Shown: one piece after another, positions 18,278-27,766 of the stretch
Layout of the letters: each line of letters opens with the position of its first letter
Numbering within the stretch: position 1 is the stretch's first letter
From: Deltaproteobacteria bacterium
GTDB taxonomy: Bacteria > Myxococcota_A > UBA9042
Direction of reading: 5' to 3'
DNA: 64,000 bases
NCBI GenBank assembly: GCA_020632665.1
Contig: JACKFC010000001.1
Coordinates: forward strand, 205,893 to 269,892
The notes under the pieces: model-generated
What the model saw: only the letters and a program-made list of their open reading frames with translations
Told to the model about the DNA's origin: nothing
Database searches by the model: none
Program-made: the position numbers and the translations under genes

Positions 18278-19015
18278 ATGAAGGGCGTCATCCTCGCAGG
18301 TGGACACGGAACCAGGCTCTTTCCGTTGACCAAGGCGACCAACAAACACCTGCTGCCTGTCGGCCGCGAGCCGATGCTCTACCACCCGATCCGGCAGATG
18401 GTCGGCGCCGGGATCTCGGAGATCTTGGTCGTCACCTCGACCGATCATATGGGCGACGTGGTCCGCTGCCTCGGCTCCGGCGTCGACTTCGGCTGCCGGC
18501 TCAGCTACCGGGTGCAAGAGAGCGCCAGCGGCATCGCCCATGCCCTCGCGCTGGCCGAGTCCTTCGCCGGTGGTTCGCCGATCTGCGTGATCCTCGGCGA
18601 CAACGTCTTCGAATGCGCGATCGAGCCCTACGTGGCGGCCTTCCGCGGCCAAGGAAAGGGCGCCCGCGTCCTGCTCAAGGAGGTCGGCGACCCCGAGCGC
18701 TACGGCGTCGCCGCGCTCGACGAGCACCAGGTCATCGAGATCGAAGAGAAGCCGAAGAACCCGAAATCGCACTTCGCCGTCGTCGGACTCTACCTCTACG
18801 ACGCCCGTGTCTTCGACATCATCCGCGGGGTCGAGCCCTCGGCGCGCGGCGAATACGAGATCACCTCGGTGAACAACGCCTATATCGCCACCCTTGAGCT
18901 CCGCTACGATATCTGCAAGGGGCGCTGGACCGACGCCGGCACCTTCGACTCGCTCGCCGAGGCCAATCGCATCCTCGGCGGCAACGACAACCGCATCCTC
19001 GACCACGACGAGTAG
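18278..19015 (+). CDS. rmlA: Glucose-1-phosphate thymidylyltransferase-like sugar nucleotidyltransferase (short form)
   Basis: 245-aa ORF with N-terminal MKGVILAGGHGTRLFPLTKATNKHLLPV (G-x-G-T-R-L signature). Located immediately upstream of the dehydratase gene. Confidence 0.85.
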   Translation: MKGVILAGGHGTRLFPLTKATNKHLLPVGREPMLYHPIRQMVGAGISEILVVTSTDHMGDVVRCLGSGVDFGCRLSYRVQESASGIAHALALAESFAGGSPICVILGDNVFECAIEPYVAAFRGQGKGARVLLKEVGDPERYGVAALDEHQVIEIEEKPKNPKSHFAVVGLYLYDARVFDIIRGVEPSARGEYEITSVNNAYIATLELRYDICKGRWTDAGTFDSLAEANRILGGNDNRILDHDE

Positions 19016-19018
19016 CCC

Positions 19019-20548
19019 ATGCCCACGGCAACGCATCAACCACGCCGCGTCCTGGTGACCGGCGGCGCCGGCTTCATCGGCAGCAACCTGGTCCATCGCT
19101 GGCTGGCGAACGACCCGACGCTGCGGATCGTCAACCTCGACCGGATGACCTACGCAGCCACCGAGCGCAACCTCGAAGGCGTCGATCCGGAGCGGCACCA
19201 GCTGGTGGTCGGCGATATCTGCGACCGCGCCTTGGTCGAGCGCCTGTTGCGCGAACACGATATCGACACCGTGGTCCACCTCGCCGCAGAGAGCCACGTC
19301 GACCGCTCGATCGACGGTCCCGCCGAGTTCGTCCGCACCAACGTCGAGGGCACCTGCGCCCTGCTCGAGGCAACGCGGCAGGTCTGGCTGGCCGAAGGAC
19401 GGGCCGCCGCGCTGGCCGACGCCGGGCGGACGGTGCGCTTTCACCACGTCTCGACCGATGAGGTCTATGGCGACCTCGAGCCCGAAGATCCGGCCTTCTC
19501 CGAGACGACGCCGTACGCCCCCTCCTCGCCCTATTCCGCCAGCAAGGCGGGCAGCGACCACCTGGTGCGGGCGTGGGCGCGGACCTTCGGCCTACCGGTG
19601 ACGATCAGCAACTGCAGCAACAACTACGGCCCGCGCCAGCATGCCGAGAAGCTGATCCCGACCGTCATCCGCAAATGCCTGAATCGGCAACCGATCCCGG
19701 TCTATGGCAAGGGCAGCAACGTCCGCGATTGGCTCTACGTCGACGATCATGCCGACGCGATCTGGCATATCGTGCGCCACGGCGGCCAAGCACAGACCTA
19801 CAACGTCGGCGGCAACAACGAGTGGAGCAACCTCGACCTGGTGCACGCGCTCTGCCGCGCGGTCGCCGCTGCGGTCGACTGCCCGGCCGAGGAGCTGCTC
19901 GGGCTGATCACCTTCGTCAGGGACCGGCCCGGCCACGACCACCGCTACGCCATCGACCCGCGCAAGCTCGAAGCGCTCGGCTGGATGGCGACGCGCACGC
20001 TGGACGACGGCCTCCAGCGCACGGTCGCCCACTACGTCGCGCTCTGGCAGGCCGGCGGCCTGGAGGAGCCGGGTCGCTTGGGCCTGGGCAGCACCAGCGA
20101 CGCAGACGCGGCCCCGTCGACCGATGACGAAGGCGTCGCGGGCTGCCACATGCTGGCGATCCGCAGCCACCTCGACGCGCGGGGTGGCCTCGCCTTCGCC
20201 GAGGGTGAGGCCGACCTGCCCTTCGCCATCGCCCGGGTCTACTACCTTTGGGACGCGCAGCCAGGGACCATCCGCGCCGAGCACGCACACAAGGCGCTGC
20301 GGCAGGTCTACATCGCGCTGCACGGCGGCTGTGACGTCGTGCTCGAAGACGGCGAGGCGAGCAAGACCGTGCGGCTCGAGCGGCCGGACCAAGGCCTCTA
20401 CCTCGGCCCGATGGTCTGGCGTCGGCTCGACAACTTCGCCCCGAATACGGTCCTGCTGGTGCTCGCCTCGGCGGGCTTCGACGAGGCCGACTACTTCCGC
20501 GACAAGCAGGAATTCCTGGCGGCTGCTGCGGCCCGCCGCAAGGCATGA
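19019..20548 (+). CDS. Bifunctional fusion: dTDP-glucose 4,6-dehydratase (RmlB) + FdtA/WxcM-type dTDP-4-keto-6-deoxyglucose 3,4-ketoisomerase
   Basis: 509-aa ORF. The N-terminal ~340 aa are an SDR dehydratase ([26 protein letters not shown]). After a ~25-aa linker, the C-terminal ~135 aa read [10 protein letters not shown]...[12 protein letters not shown]...[28 protein letters not shown]...[15 protein letters not shown]...LVLAS..FDEADY, a cupin-type FdtA signature with HAH. Confidence 0.85.
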   Translation: MPTATHQPRRVLVTGGAGFIGSNLVHRWLANDPTLRIVNLDRMTYAATERNLEGVDPERHQLVVGDICDRALVERLLREHDIDTVVHLAAESHVDRSIDGPAEFVRTNVEGTCALLEATRQVWLAEGRAAALADAGRTVRFHHVSTDEVYGDLEPEDPAFSETTPYAPSSPYSASKAGSDHLVRAWARTFGLPVTISNCSNNYGPRQHAEKLIPTVIRKCLNRQPIPVYGKGSNVRDWLYVDDHADAIWHIVRHGGQAQTYNVGGNNEWSNLDLVHALCRAVAAAVDCPAEELLGLITFVRDRPGHDHRYAIDPRKLEALGWMATRTLDDGLQRTVAHYVALWQAGGLEEPGRLGLGSTSDADAAPSTDDEGVAGCHMLAIRSHLDARGGLAFAEGEADLPFAIARVYYLWDAQPGTIRAEHAHKALRQVYIALHGGCDVVLEDGEASKTVRLERPDQGLYLGPMVWRRLDNFAPNTVLLVLASAGFDEADYFRDKQEFLAAAAARRKA

Positions 20549-21663
20549 CGATGAGCGTCCCCTTTCTCGATCTCGGCGCTGCGGTCGGCGAAGTCCGGGC
20601 AGAACTCGATGCCGCCTGGACCCGCGTGATGGATCGCGGCTGGTTCATCGCCGGCGCCGAGTTGGACGCCTTCGAGGCCGAATACGCGGCGTTTTGTGGC
20701 GCCGAGCATGCGATCGGCGTGGCCAACGGGCTCGACGCCCTCTCGCTGGTGCTGCGGGCCTGGGAGATCGGCCCTGGCGACGAGGTCATCGTCCCGGGGC
20801 ACACCTTCATCGCGACCTGGCTGGCGGTCTCCTATGTCGGCGCGACGCCGGTGCCGGTGGAGATCGACCCGGCCACCGCGAACCTCGACCCGTCCGCGCT
20901 GGAGGCGGCGATCACCAAGCGGACCCGGGCCGTGATGCCGGTTCACCTCTATGGCCAGCTCGCCGATATGACAGCGATCGCCGCGATCGCGCGGGCGCAC
21001 GGCCTGCGCATCCTGGAAGACGCTGCGCAAGCCCACGGCGCCACCCGCGGCGGCCAACCCGCCGGCGCGCTCGGCGACGCCGCGGGGTGGAGCTTCTACC
21101 CGGGCAAGAACCTCGGCGCCTACGGCGACGGCGGCGCGGTGACGACCAACGACGCCGAGCTGGCGCGGCGGCTGCGGGCGCTGCGCAACTACGGTTCGGA
21201 GCGAAAGTACGTCCACGACCTGCGCGGCGTGAACTCCCGCCTCGACGAGCTGCAGGCCGCCCTGCTCCGCGTCCGCCTCGCGCACCTCCCGGCCTGGAAT
21301 GCGCGCCGCAGCCGCATCGCCGAGCGCTACCTGGGTGCACTCGCGGGCGCGCCCGGGCTGACGTTGCCGACCGTTGCAGCGGGCTCCTCGCCATCGTGGC
21401 ACCTCTTCGTGGTCCGCCACGCCGAGCGCGACGCGCTCCACACGGCGCTGGCCGAGCGCGGCGTGCAGACGCTGATGCACTACCCGACGCCGCCGCACCA
21501 CAACGGCGCCTATGCCGAGGAATTCGCAGGGGTGTCGCTGCCGCTGAGCGAAGCCTTCGCGGCGGAGTGCCTGAGCTTGCCGATCGGCCCGCAGCTCGGC
21601 GACGACGCGGTCGCCGAGGTCGTCGCTGCGGTCCGAGCGGCCTGCGCGCAGCTCGCCGGCTGA
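20545..21663 (+). CDS. DegT/DnrJ/EryC1/StrS-family PLP-dependent sugar aminotransferase (FdtB/QdtB-like)
   Basis: 372-aa ORF with an ATGA overlap with the fusion gene. VPFLDL...[51 protein letters not shown]. Confidence 0.9.
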   Translation: MTMSVPFLDLGAAVGEVRAELDAAWTRVMDRGWFIAGAELDAFEAEYAAFCGAEHAIGVANGLDALSLVLRAWEIGPGDEVIVPGHTFIATWLAVSYVGATPVPVEIDPATANLDPSALEAAITKRTRAVMPVHLYGQLADMTAIAAIARAHGLRILEDAAQAHGATRGGQPAGALGDAAGWSFYPGKNLGAYGDGGAVTTNDAELARRLRALRNYGSERKYVHDLRGVNSRLDELQAALLRVRLAHLPAWNARRSRIAERYLGALAGAPGLTLPTVAAGSSPSWHLFVVRHAERDALHTALAERGVQTLMHYPTPPHHNGAYAEEFAGVSLPLSEAFAAECLSLPIGPQLGDDAVAEVVAAVRAACAQLAG

Positions 21664-21685
21664 GCCCACATCGCGCGGTTCTGCC

Positions 21686-23230
21686 CTACCCGCGCGTCTC
21701 GAAGCGGGCGAGCAACGCCTTGGCCAATCGGGCCAATCGCCCCAACGGTCCCTTCAACTCGACCATCGTCGCGACCCGCGCGAACGAGCGCACTCCGAGC
21801 ACCGCCGCGACCGGAACGCCGACCAGGGTCCCAGCGAGTGGCGAGACGCGAGAGACCACGGCGAGCGCAGTGCCGAAGCCGATCAGCAGCAACGCGCTCC
21901 GCCGCAGGCTGGCGGGCCAGCTGTAGCCCGAGACGGTGCGGACCAGCAGCAAGATCAGCGGCAGGTGGACGACCGTCATCAAGAGGAAGCCGACGCCCGC
22001 TGCCTCGACCCCGAGCCGTGGCAGCAACAACCACGTCGTCCCGATCAGGATCGCGTTCAGCAAGACGGACTTGGCGAAGTGGAGCGTGCCGCGCCCGGCC
22101 GCGACGATGACGAAGCTGAACGACCAGCCGACGATGCGGAAGAGGTCGCCGAGCAGCTGCCAGCGCAGGATGTCGACCGCCGGCTCGAAGCGATCGGAGT
22201 AGAGCACCGGAATCAGCCACGGCGCCAGCGCCAGCATGCCGACCACGATGGGCCCGGCCAGCAGCAACGCGACTTCACTTTGCTCGTCGACCATCTGGCT
22301 GGTGGCGTCGCGGTCGTGGACGACCGCGGAGAGCCGGGGCAGATAGTCTCGGCTCATCGCTTGCAGGACGAAGCCGATATAGAGCGTCGCGATGGACCAC
22401 GAGGCTTGGAATTGACCGAGCCCGTCGGCGCCGATCTCGTGCTTGACCGCGACCCGCATCACCAGACCGGAGCCGAGCTCGAGCAGCATCGTCAGCATGA
22501 TCGGCACGCCGAGCGCTGCCATGCTGCGCCAATGCGCGGTCATGATCCCGGCGTCGTAGGGCACACCACGCGGCCGCTCGACGCGGGTGAGCAGCCATTG
22601 GCCGAGCAGATAGTTGCTGATCGGACCGGCGATGAGCAGCGCGACCATGGCGCGCTCGCCCCAGATCAGCAGCGCCCCGATGCCGGCGACGGCCTGCAGG
22701 ACCGCCGCACCGATCTGTAGGCGGGCGATATCTGCGAAGCGTCGCAGGCCGACCAGCAGCGCCGACTGCGCGCCGGCCGCGATGGTACACGCCACGCCCA
22801 ACGCGACCCAGCCGACGAGATCGGCCATCGCTGGGTCGTCCATCATCGCGCTGGCGATCGGCGCGCGGAGCAACCAGATCACCGCGGCGCTCAACGAGCC
22901 GAGGACCGCGGTCGAGAGCGCGAGCGCCCGCCGCACATGCACGACTTCAGGGCCGATCGCCTCCTGGTCGGTGCGCGCCGCCGCCAGCTCGCGGGCGCCG
23001 GCGCTGGAGAAGCCGAGGCCTCCGACCAGACCGCCGATCTGCATGATGTGCGAGGCGAGGCCGAGGACGCCGATGCCCGCTGGCCCGAGCAGCGCGGCGA
23101 CGACCTTGGTGCGCACCATGCCGATCAGGATCGAGGCCACGCCGACCGCACCCAGGAGCGAGGTCGAGTGCAGGATGTCGCGGTACGACGTCTTGCGCGT
23201 CGTGTCTGCCGGCGGCGTCTCCGTCGTCAC
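21686..23230 (-). CDS. Polysaccharide/O-antigen flippase (MOP/Wzx-type polytopic membrane protein)
   Basis: Multi-TM protein (YRDILHSTSLLGAVGVASILIGMVRTKVVAALLGPAGIG...). The GTG at 23230 overlaps the TGA of the upstream aminotransferase (GTGA). The longer 21686..23392 form would overlap that gene. Confidence 0.75.
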   Translation of the reverse strand: MTTETPPADTTRKTSYRDILHSTSLLGAVGVASILIGMVRTKVVAALLGPAGIGVLGLASHIMQIGGLVGGLGFSSAGARELAAARTDQEAIGPEVVHVRRALALSTAVLGSLSAAVIWLLRAPIASAMMDDPAMADLVGWVALGVACTIAAGAQSALLVGLRRFADIARLQIGAAVLQAVAGIGALLIWGERAMVALLIAGPISNYLLGQWLLTRVERPRGVPYDAGIMTAHWRSMAALGVPIMLTMLLELGSGLVMRVAVKHEIGADGLGQFQASWSIATLYIGFVLQAMSRDYLPRLSAVVHDRDATSQMVDEQSEVALLLAGPIVVGMLALAPWLIPVLYSDRFEPAVDILRWQLLGDLFRIVGWSFSFVIVAAGRGTLHFAKSVLLNAILIGTTWLLLPRLGVEAAGVGFLLMTVVHLPLILLLVRTVSGYSWPASLRRSALLLIGFGTALAVVSRVSPLAGTLVGVPVAAVLGVRSFARVATMVELKGPLGRLARLAKALLARFETRG

Positions 23231-24402
23231 GGTCGCCGCCGGTCGACCGTCGTCTCGGAGAGGGCGGCGAGGAGCGACGCGACGACGCGTGCTTGCTCCT
23301 CCTCCTGCATCGTGTGGAAGAGCGGCAACGCGATCGACTCCGCCGCCCAGGCCTCGGTGGCCGGCAGCGGGCCACGTGGCAGGGCCGCCCACGCGGGCTC
23401 CTGGTGCGCCGCCATGATCCCCGGCCGGGCCCCGATGCCCCCGCGCAGCAGCGCGTCGAGCACGGCGTCACGGCGACTGGCGCCCCCGGCGACGCGGACG
23501 ACGTAGCTCTGGTGGTTGGTCGTCCCCCACGGTGGATCGACCGGCAGCGTGATGCCGGCGCTCTGCGTTGCCGCCAAGAGCTGCTCGCCATAGCGCGCCG
23601 CCAGCTCCCGCCGCCGCGCCACGATGGCGTCGAGGCGGCCGAGTTGGACCCGGCCGATCGCCGCCTGCACGTCGGTCATCCGGTAATTCCAGCCGACCTC
23701 GGGGTAGCTGGGCAGCAGCAGGCCGGCGATGGCGTGCCGCTGTTGGTCGTTCACGCTCATCGCGTGCTGACGCAGCGTCCGCAGGCGCGCGGCGAGCGCG
23801 GCGTCGGCGAGGGTGAGCGCGCCGCCCTCGCCCGTGGTCAGCACCTTGCGCGGGTGGAACGACCAGGCGACCAGCGCGCCGCCGGGATGCCCCGCCGCGA
23901 CGGCGCCGATCCGTCGGCCCTGGTAGGTCGAGCCGATGGCGCAGGCGGCGTCCTCGAGCAGCAGCAGGCCGTGGGCGTCGCAGAGGGCCTGCAGCGGGCC
24001 GAGATCGGCGGGGAAGCCGACCTGGTGCGCGACGATGACGGCGCGGGTGCGCGCACCGATATGGGGCGCGACGGTCGCCGCGCTGAGGTTCGGGACGGCG
24101 TCCTCGACGTCGGCGAAGACCGGTGTGGCGCCGCAATGGGCGACCGCGTTGGTGGTCGCGATGAACGAGAGCGAGGGGACGATGACCTCGTCGCCTGGCC
24201 CGATGCCGTGGGCTGCGAGGGCGAGGTGCAGCGCCGTGGTGCAGGAGGAGAGCGCGACGCCCTCGGGAGCCTCGACCGCGCCGGCCAGCTCGGCCTCGAA
24301 GGCGGCGACCCGCGGGCCCTGCGCCAGCCAACCCGAGCGGACGGCCTCGGCGGCGGCTTGCGCCTCTTCCTCGAAGACGGCGGGCTTGATGATCGGGATC
24401 AT
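23227..24402 (-). CDS. DegT-family PLP-dependent aminotransferase (second copy)
   Basis: The ATG at 24402 is preceded by GGAGG (MIPIIKPAVFEEE...). [36 protein letters not shown]..., WSFHPRKVLTTGEGGALT (PLP-lysine context). Confidence 0.88.
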   Translation of the reverse strand: MIPIIKPAVFEEEAQAAAEAVRSGWLAQGPRVAAFEAELAGAVEAPEGVALSSCTTALHLALAAHGIGPGDEVIVPSLSFIATTNAVAHCGATPVFADVEDAVPNLSAATVAPHIGARTRAVIVAHQVGFPADLGPLQALCDAHGLLLLEDAACAIGSTYQGRRIGAVAAGHPGGALVAWSFHPRKVLTTGEGGALTLADAALAARLRTLRQHAMSVNDQQRHAIAGLLLPSYPEVGWNYRMTDVQAAIGRVQLGRLDAIVARRRELAARYGEQLLAATQSAGITLPVDPPWGTTNHQSYVVRVAGGASRRDAVLDALLRGGIGARPGIMAAHQEPAWAALPRGPLPATEAWAAESIALPLFHTMQEEEQARVVASLLAALSETTVDRRRP

Positions 24403-24416
24403 GGGACCTCCGCGCG

Positions 24417-25625
24417 TCAGCGCCACGCCTTGGTCGCCATCCGCTCGAGCGTTTGACGGCTCCACGTGGCGTACCGGTCTTCCAGGATCGCCGTTCGTGC
24501 CTGCCGCATCAACTCTTGGAAGAACCAGAGGTTGTGCAGCGTCAGCCAGAGCCCTCCGGCGACCTCTCCGGCCATCCAGAGGTGGCGCAGCAGGCTGCGC
24601 GAGACGGTGGCGCAGGCCGGGCAGCCGCATTCCGCCTCGATCGGGCGGTCGTCGGCGGTGAAGCGGCTGTTCTTGATCCGCAGCGGCCCGTCGAAGGTAT
24701 AGGCGTTGCCGTGGCGGCCGTTGCGGCTCGGCAGCACGCAGTCGAATTGGTCGATGCCGAAGCCGACGCAATTCAGCAGATCTTCCGGCGTGCCGACGCC
24801 CATCAGGTAGCGCGCCTTGTCCTGCGGCATCTGCGCGGCGGTGTGGGCGCAGATCTCGTAGGTGACGTCGGTCGCTTCACCGACCGAGAGGCCGCCGATG
24901 GCGAAGCCCTCGCAGCCGTCGCGGGCGCAGATCTCCTCGACGTGGCGGGTGCGCAGCGCGGCGTTGATGCCGCCCTGGACGATGCCGTAGAGCGCGACCT
25001 CACCGCGACGGCCACGGGCGGCGAGGCAGCGGTCGAGCCAAGCGGTGGTCCGCCGCATCGCCGTCTCGATGAAGCGCGCCTCGGCGCCGGCGGGCGGGCA
25101 TTGGTCGAAGGCCATCATGATGTCGGGGCCGTAGAGCTCCTGCACCCGCATCGCCTCCTCGGCGTCGAGGCGGATCTTGCGGCCGTCGATATGGCTGCGG
25201 AAGACCACGCCGTCGTCGCTGATCTTGGCCTGGTGACCGAGCGAGAAGACCTGAAATCCGCCGGAATCGGTCAGCATCGGGCCGTTCCAGCCGGTGAAGC
25301 GGGCGAGCCCACCGGCCTCGGCGATGCGCTCGGGTCCGGGCCGCAGCAGCAGGTGGTAGGTATTGCCGAGCACGATGCCGGCGCCCATCTCGCGCAGATC
25401 GCGCGGCAGCACGCCGCCCTTGATCGCGCCCTGGGTACCCACGGGCATGAAGGTGGGGGTCGGCACGACGCCGTGGGCGGTGCGGATCTGCCCGGCGCGG
25501 GCCCCGCTCTCGGCGCAGACGTGGTGCAGCTCGAAGCCGTAATCGCCGTGCCCAGAGCCGGCCAGCGGTGCAGCGGTGCGCGGCGACGCCGCGGGCGCCG
25601 TGGACGTGGTCGGTTGATCAGACAA
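24417..25625 (-). CDS. tgt: tRNA-guanine transglycosylase (queuine tRNA-ribosyltransferase)
   Basis: 402-aa ORF. TAHGVVPTPTFMPVGTQGAIKG, LGNTYHLLLRPG, LTDSGGFQVFSL. Zn motif CGCPACATVSRSLLRHL. Confidence 0.95.
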   Translation of the reverse strand: MSDQPTTSTAPAASPRTAAPLAGSGHGDYGFELHHVCAESGARAGQIRTAHGVVPTPTFMPVGTQGAIKGGVLPRDLREMGAGIVLGNTYHLLLRPGPERIAEAGGLARFTGWNGPMLTDSGGFQVFSLGHQAKISDDGVVFRSHIDGRKIRLDAEEAMRVQELYGPDIMMAFDQCPPAGAEARFIETAMRRTTAWLDRCLAARGRRGEVALYGIVQGGINAALRTRHVEEICARDGCEGFAIGGLSVGEATDVTYEICAHTAAQMPQDKARYLMGVGTPEDLLNCVGFGIDQFDCVLPSRNGRHGNAYTFDGPLRIKNSRFTADDRPIEAECGCPACATVSRSLLRHLWMAGEVAGGLWLTLHNLWFFQELMRQARTAILEDRYATWSRQTLERMATKAWR

Positions 25626-26193
25626 AGCGCAACACCTCGTCGACGCTCTTGTAGCGCCGACCTTCGAGCCTGGCCTGCGGGTGGCCGAGGAAGACGATGG
25701 CGGCGACGTCTTCGCCGGCGCCGACGCCGTAGAATTCGCGCATCGAGGGGCTCATCAGCACGCCGCCGGTCGACCAGAGGCTGACCAAGCCGCGCGCGGC
25801 GGCGCCGAGCAGGACGTTCTGCACCGCGCAGGCGGTGGCGGCGTAGTCCTCGCGGTCTTCGGCCGGATCGTCGGGCTTGCGGCGCCAGGTGACGACCAGC
25901 ACCGCGCCGGTGCCGTCGAGGCGGCGGGCGATCTTGTCGCGCTTCTGCTCGAGCTTGCGCATCGACTCGGCGTCGCCGCCTTTCGCCATCGCGTCGAGGC
26001 TCTGCAGCACCGCCTCCTTCATCGCCGGCAGGCGGGCGTGGCGGACGGCGTAGAAGCGCCACGGCTCGGTGAAGCGGTGGTTCGGCGCCCAGCGGCCGAG
26101 ATCGACCAGCTCGCGCAGGGTGGCGTCGTCGACGGCGCCTCCGGCGAAGAATTTGTGCGTCCGGCGGCTGCGGATCGCCTCGTCGACGTGCAT
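25618..26193 (-). CDS. Nitroreductase-family oxidoreductase
   Basis: The ATG at 26193 is preceded by GGAG (MHVDEAIRSRRTHKFF...). WAPNHRFTEPWRFYAV and the C-terminal FYGVG...IVFLG pattern fit the nitroreductase fold. Confidence 0.8.
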   Translation of the reverse strand: MHVDEAIRSRRTHKFFAGGAVDDATLRELVDLGRWAPNHRFTEPWRFYAVRHARLPAMKEAVLQSLDAMAKGGDAESMRKLEQKRDKIARRLDGTGAVLVVTWRRKPDDPAEDREDYAATACAVQNVLLGAAARGLVSLWSTGGVLMSPSMREFYGVGAGEDVAAIVFLGHPQARLEGRRYKSVDEVLRFV

Positions 26194-26386
26194 CGCGGCT
26201 CCTCTCTGCGGGGCGAAGACCCGCGGCGGCGCACGCTCGCCAAGCGGCGGGCGGGTGTCAACCGGGGCGGCGGGAAGTCGCTCCGGCGAAAAAGTTCCCC
26301 TCGCCGCCGCGCCCCCTACGATCGCCACCTGCGCCCGCCTTCAACCGCCGGCATCGGCGCGCAGCGTCCGACGGAGAAGCCCCACG

Positions 26387-27766
26387 ATGCCCGAACACGA
26401 CGCGCCCCCCGCCGCACCGCAGCCCTCGACGCTGGCGATCCTCACCAGCCGCCGGATGCTCGTCACCCTGCTCTGCGGCTTCGCCTCGGGGATGCCGCTC
26501 TTCGTGCTCTACCAACTCGTCCCGGCGTGGCTGCGCGACAGCGGCGTCGACCTCAAGACCATCGGCCTCTTCGCCCTGGTCGGCCTGCCCTACAACTGGA
26601 AATTCCTCTGGTCGCCGCTCTTCGACGCGCTGCCGGCCCCGGGGACCGCGGCGCTCTTCGGCGAAGGCGGCACGGCGCGGCGGCGCGGCTGGGCGCTGTG
26701 GAGCCAGCTCGGTTGTGCGGCCGGCATCGCGGCGCTGGGCCTCTTCGCACCGCGCGAGGGCACGGCGCTGATCGTGCCGTTGGTGGTGCTGATCGCCTTC
26801 GCCTCGGCCAGCCAGGACATCGTGCTCGACGCCTACCGCCGCGAGCTGCTGCCGGACCGCGAGCTGGGCCTGGGCAACTCGCTCTTCGTCAACGCCTACC
26901 GCCTGAGCTCGCTGGTTCCCGGCTCGCTGGCGCTGATCTTGGCCGATCACATCGCCTGGTCGATGGTGCTGCCGATCGTCGCTGCCTTCATGGCCGTCGG
27001 CCTCGCCGCGACGCTGTGGATGCCCGAGGTCGACGTCGCGCCGCCGGTGGCGCGGGGCGTCAAGGACGCGGTGTTGGTGCCGTTGCGCGCCTTCGTCCAG
27101 CGCCACGGAACGTCGGGCACGCTCGGCATCCTGGCCTTTCTGCTGCTCTACAAGCTGGGCGACAGCATGGCGACGGCCTTGGCGACGCCCTTTTACCTCG
27201 ACTGCGGCTTCAGCAAGACCGAGATCGGCACCATCGTGAAGGTGACCTCGCTCTGGGCCAGCCTGGTCGGCGGCACGCTCGGCGGGCTGTGGATGCTGCG
27301 GATCGGCATCCACAAGGCGCTCTGGATCTTCGGCGGTGTGCAGATCGCCTCGATCTTCGGCTTCTGGGTGCTGGCGCTGGTCCGCGCCGACCCGACCCCG
27401 CTCTGGTCGACGCCGGGCCCGGACGGCATGGCCATCAGCGTCGGCCACGCCACCCTCGCCGGCGCCGTCGCGTTCGAATACCTCGGCGTCGGCCTGGGCA
27501 CCGCGTCGTTGGTCGCCTTCATGGCGCGGGCCACCGACCGGCGCTTCACCGCCACCCAGCTCGCGCTGCTCACCAGCCTCGCCGGGCTGCCGCGCACCTT
27601 CGCCAACGCCGGCACCGGCTGGCTGGTCGAGTCGCTGGGCTGGCCGACCTTCTACTTGGTCTGCGCCGCCATCGCCATCCCTGGGCTGCTGATGTTGCCG
27701 GTCGTGGCGCCGTGGGGCCGGGAACCCGCCGAAGAGGCCGCCGCTTCAGCCGACCGAGCGGCGTGA
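26387..27766 (+). CDS. ampG: AmpG-family muropeptide MFS permease
   Basis: In-frame ATG at 26387. [53 protein letters not shown] matches the AmpG signature. Hydropathy suggests 12-14 TM segments. Confidence 0.88.
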   Translation: MPEHDAPPAAPQPSTLAILTSRRMLVTLLCGFASGMPLFVLYQLVPAWLRDSGVDLKTIGLFALVGLPYNWKFLWSPLFDALPAPGTAALFGEGGTARRRGWALWSQLGCAAGIAALGLFAPREGTALIVPLVVLIAFASASQDIVLDAYRRELLPDRELGLGNSLFVNAYRLSSLVPGSLALILADHIAWSMVLPIVAAFMAVGLAATLWMPEVDVAPPVARGVKDAVLVPLRAFVQRHGTSGTLGILAFLLLYKLGDSMATALATPFYLDCGFSKTEIGTIVKVTSLWASLVGGTLGGLWMLRIGIHKALWIFGGVQIASIFGFWVLALVRADPTPLWSTPGPDGMAISVGHATLAGAVAFEYLGVGLGTASLVAFMARATDRRFTATQLALLTSLAGLPRTFANAGTGWLVESLGWPTFYLVCAAIAIPGLLMLPVVAPWGREPAEEAAASADRAA

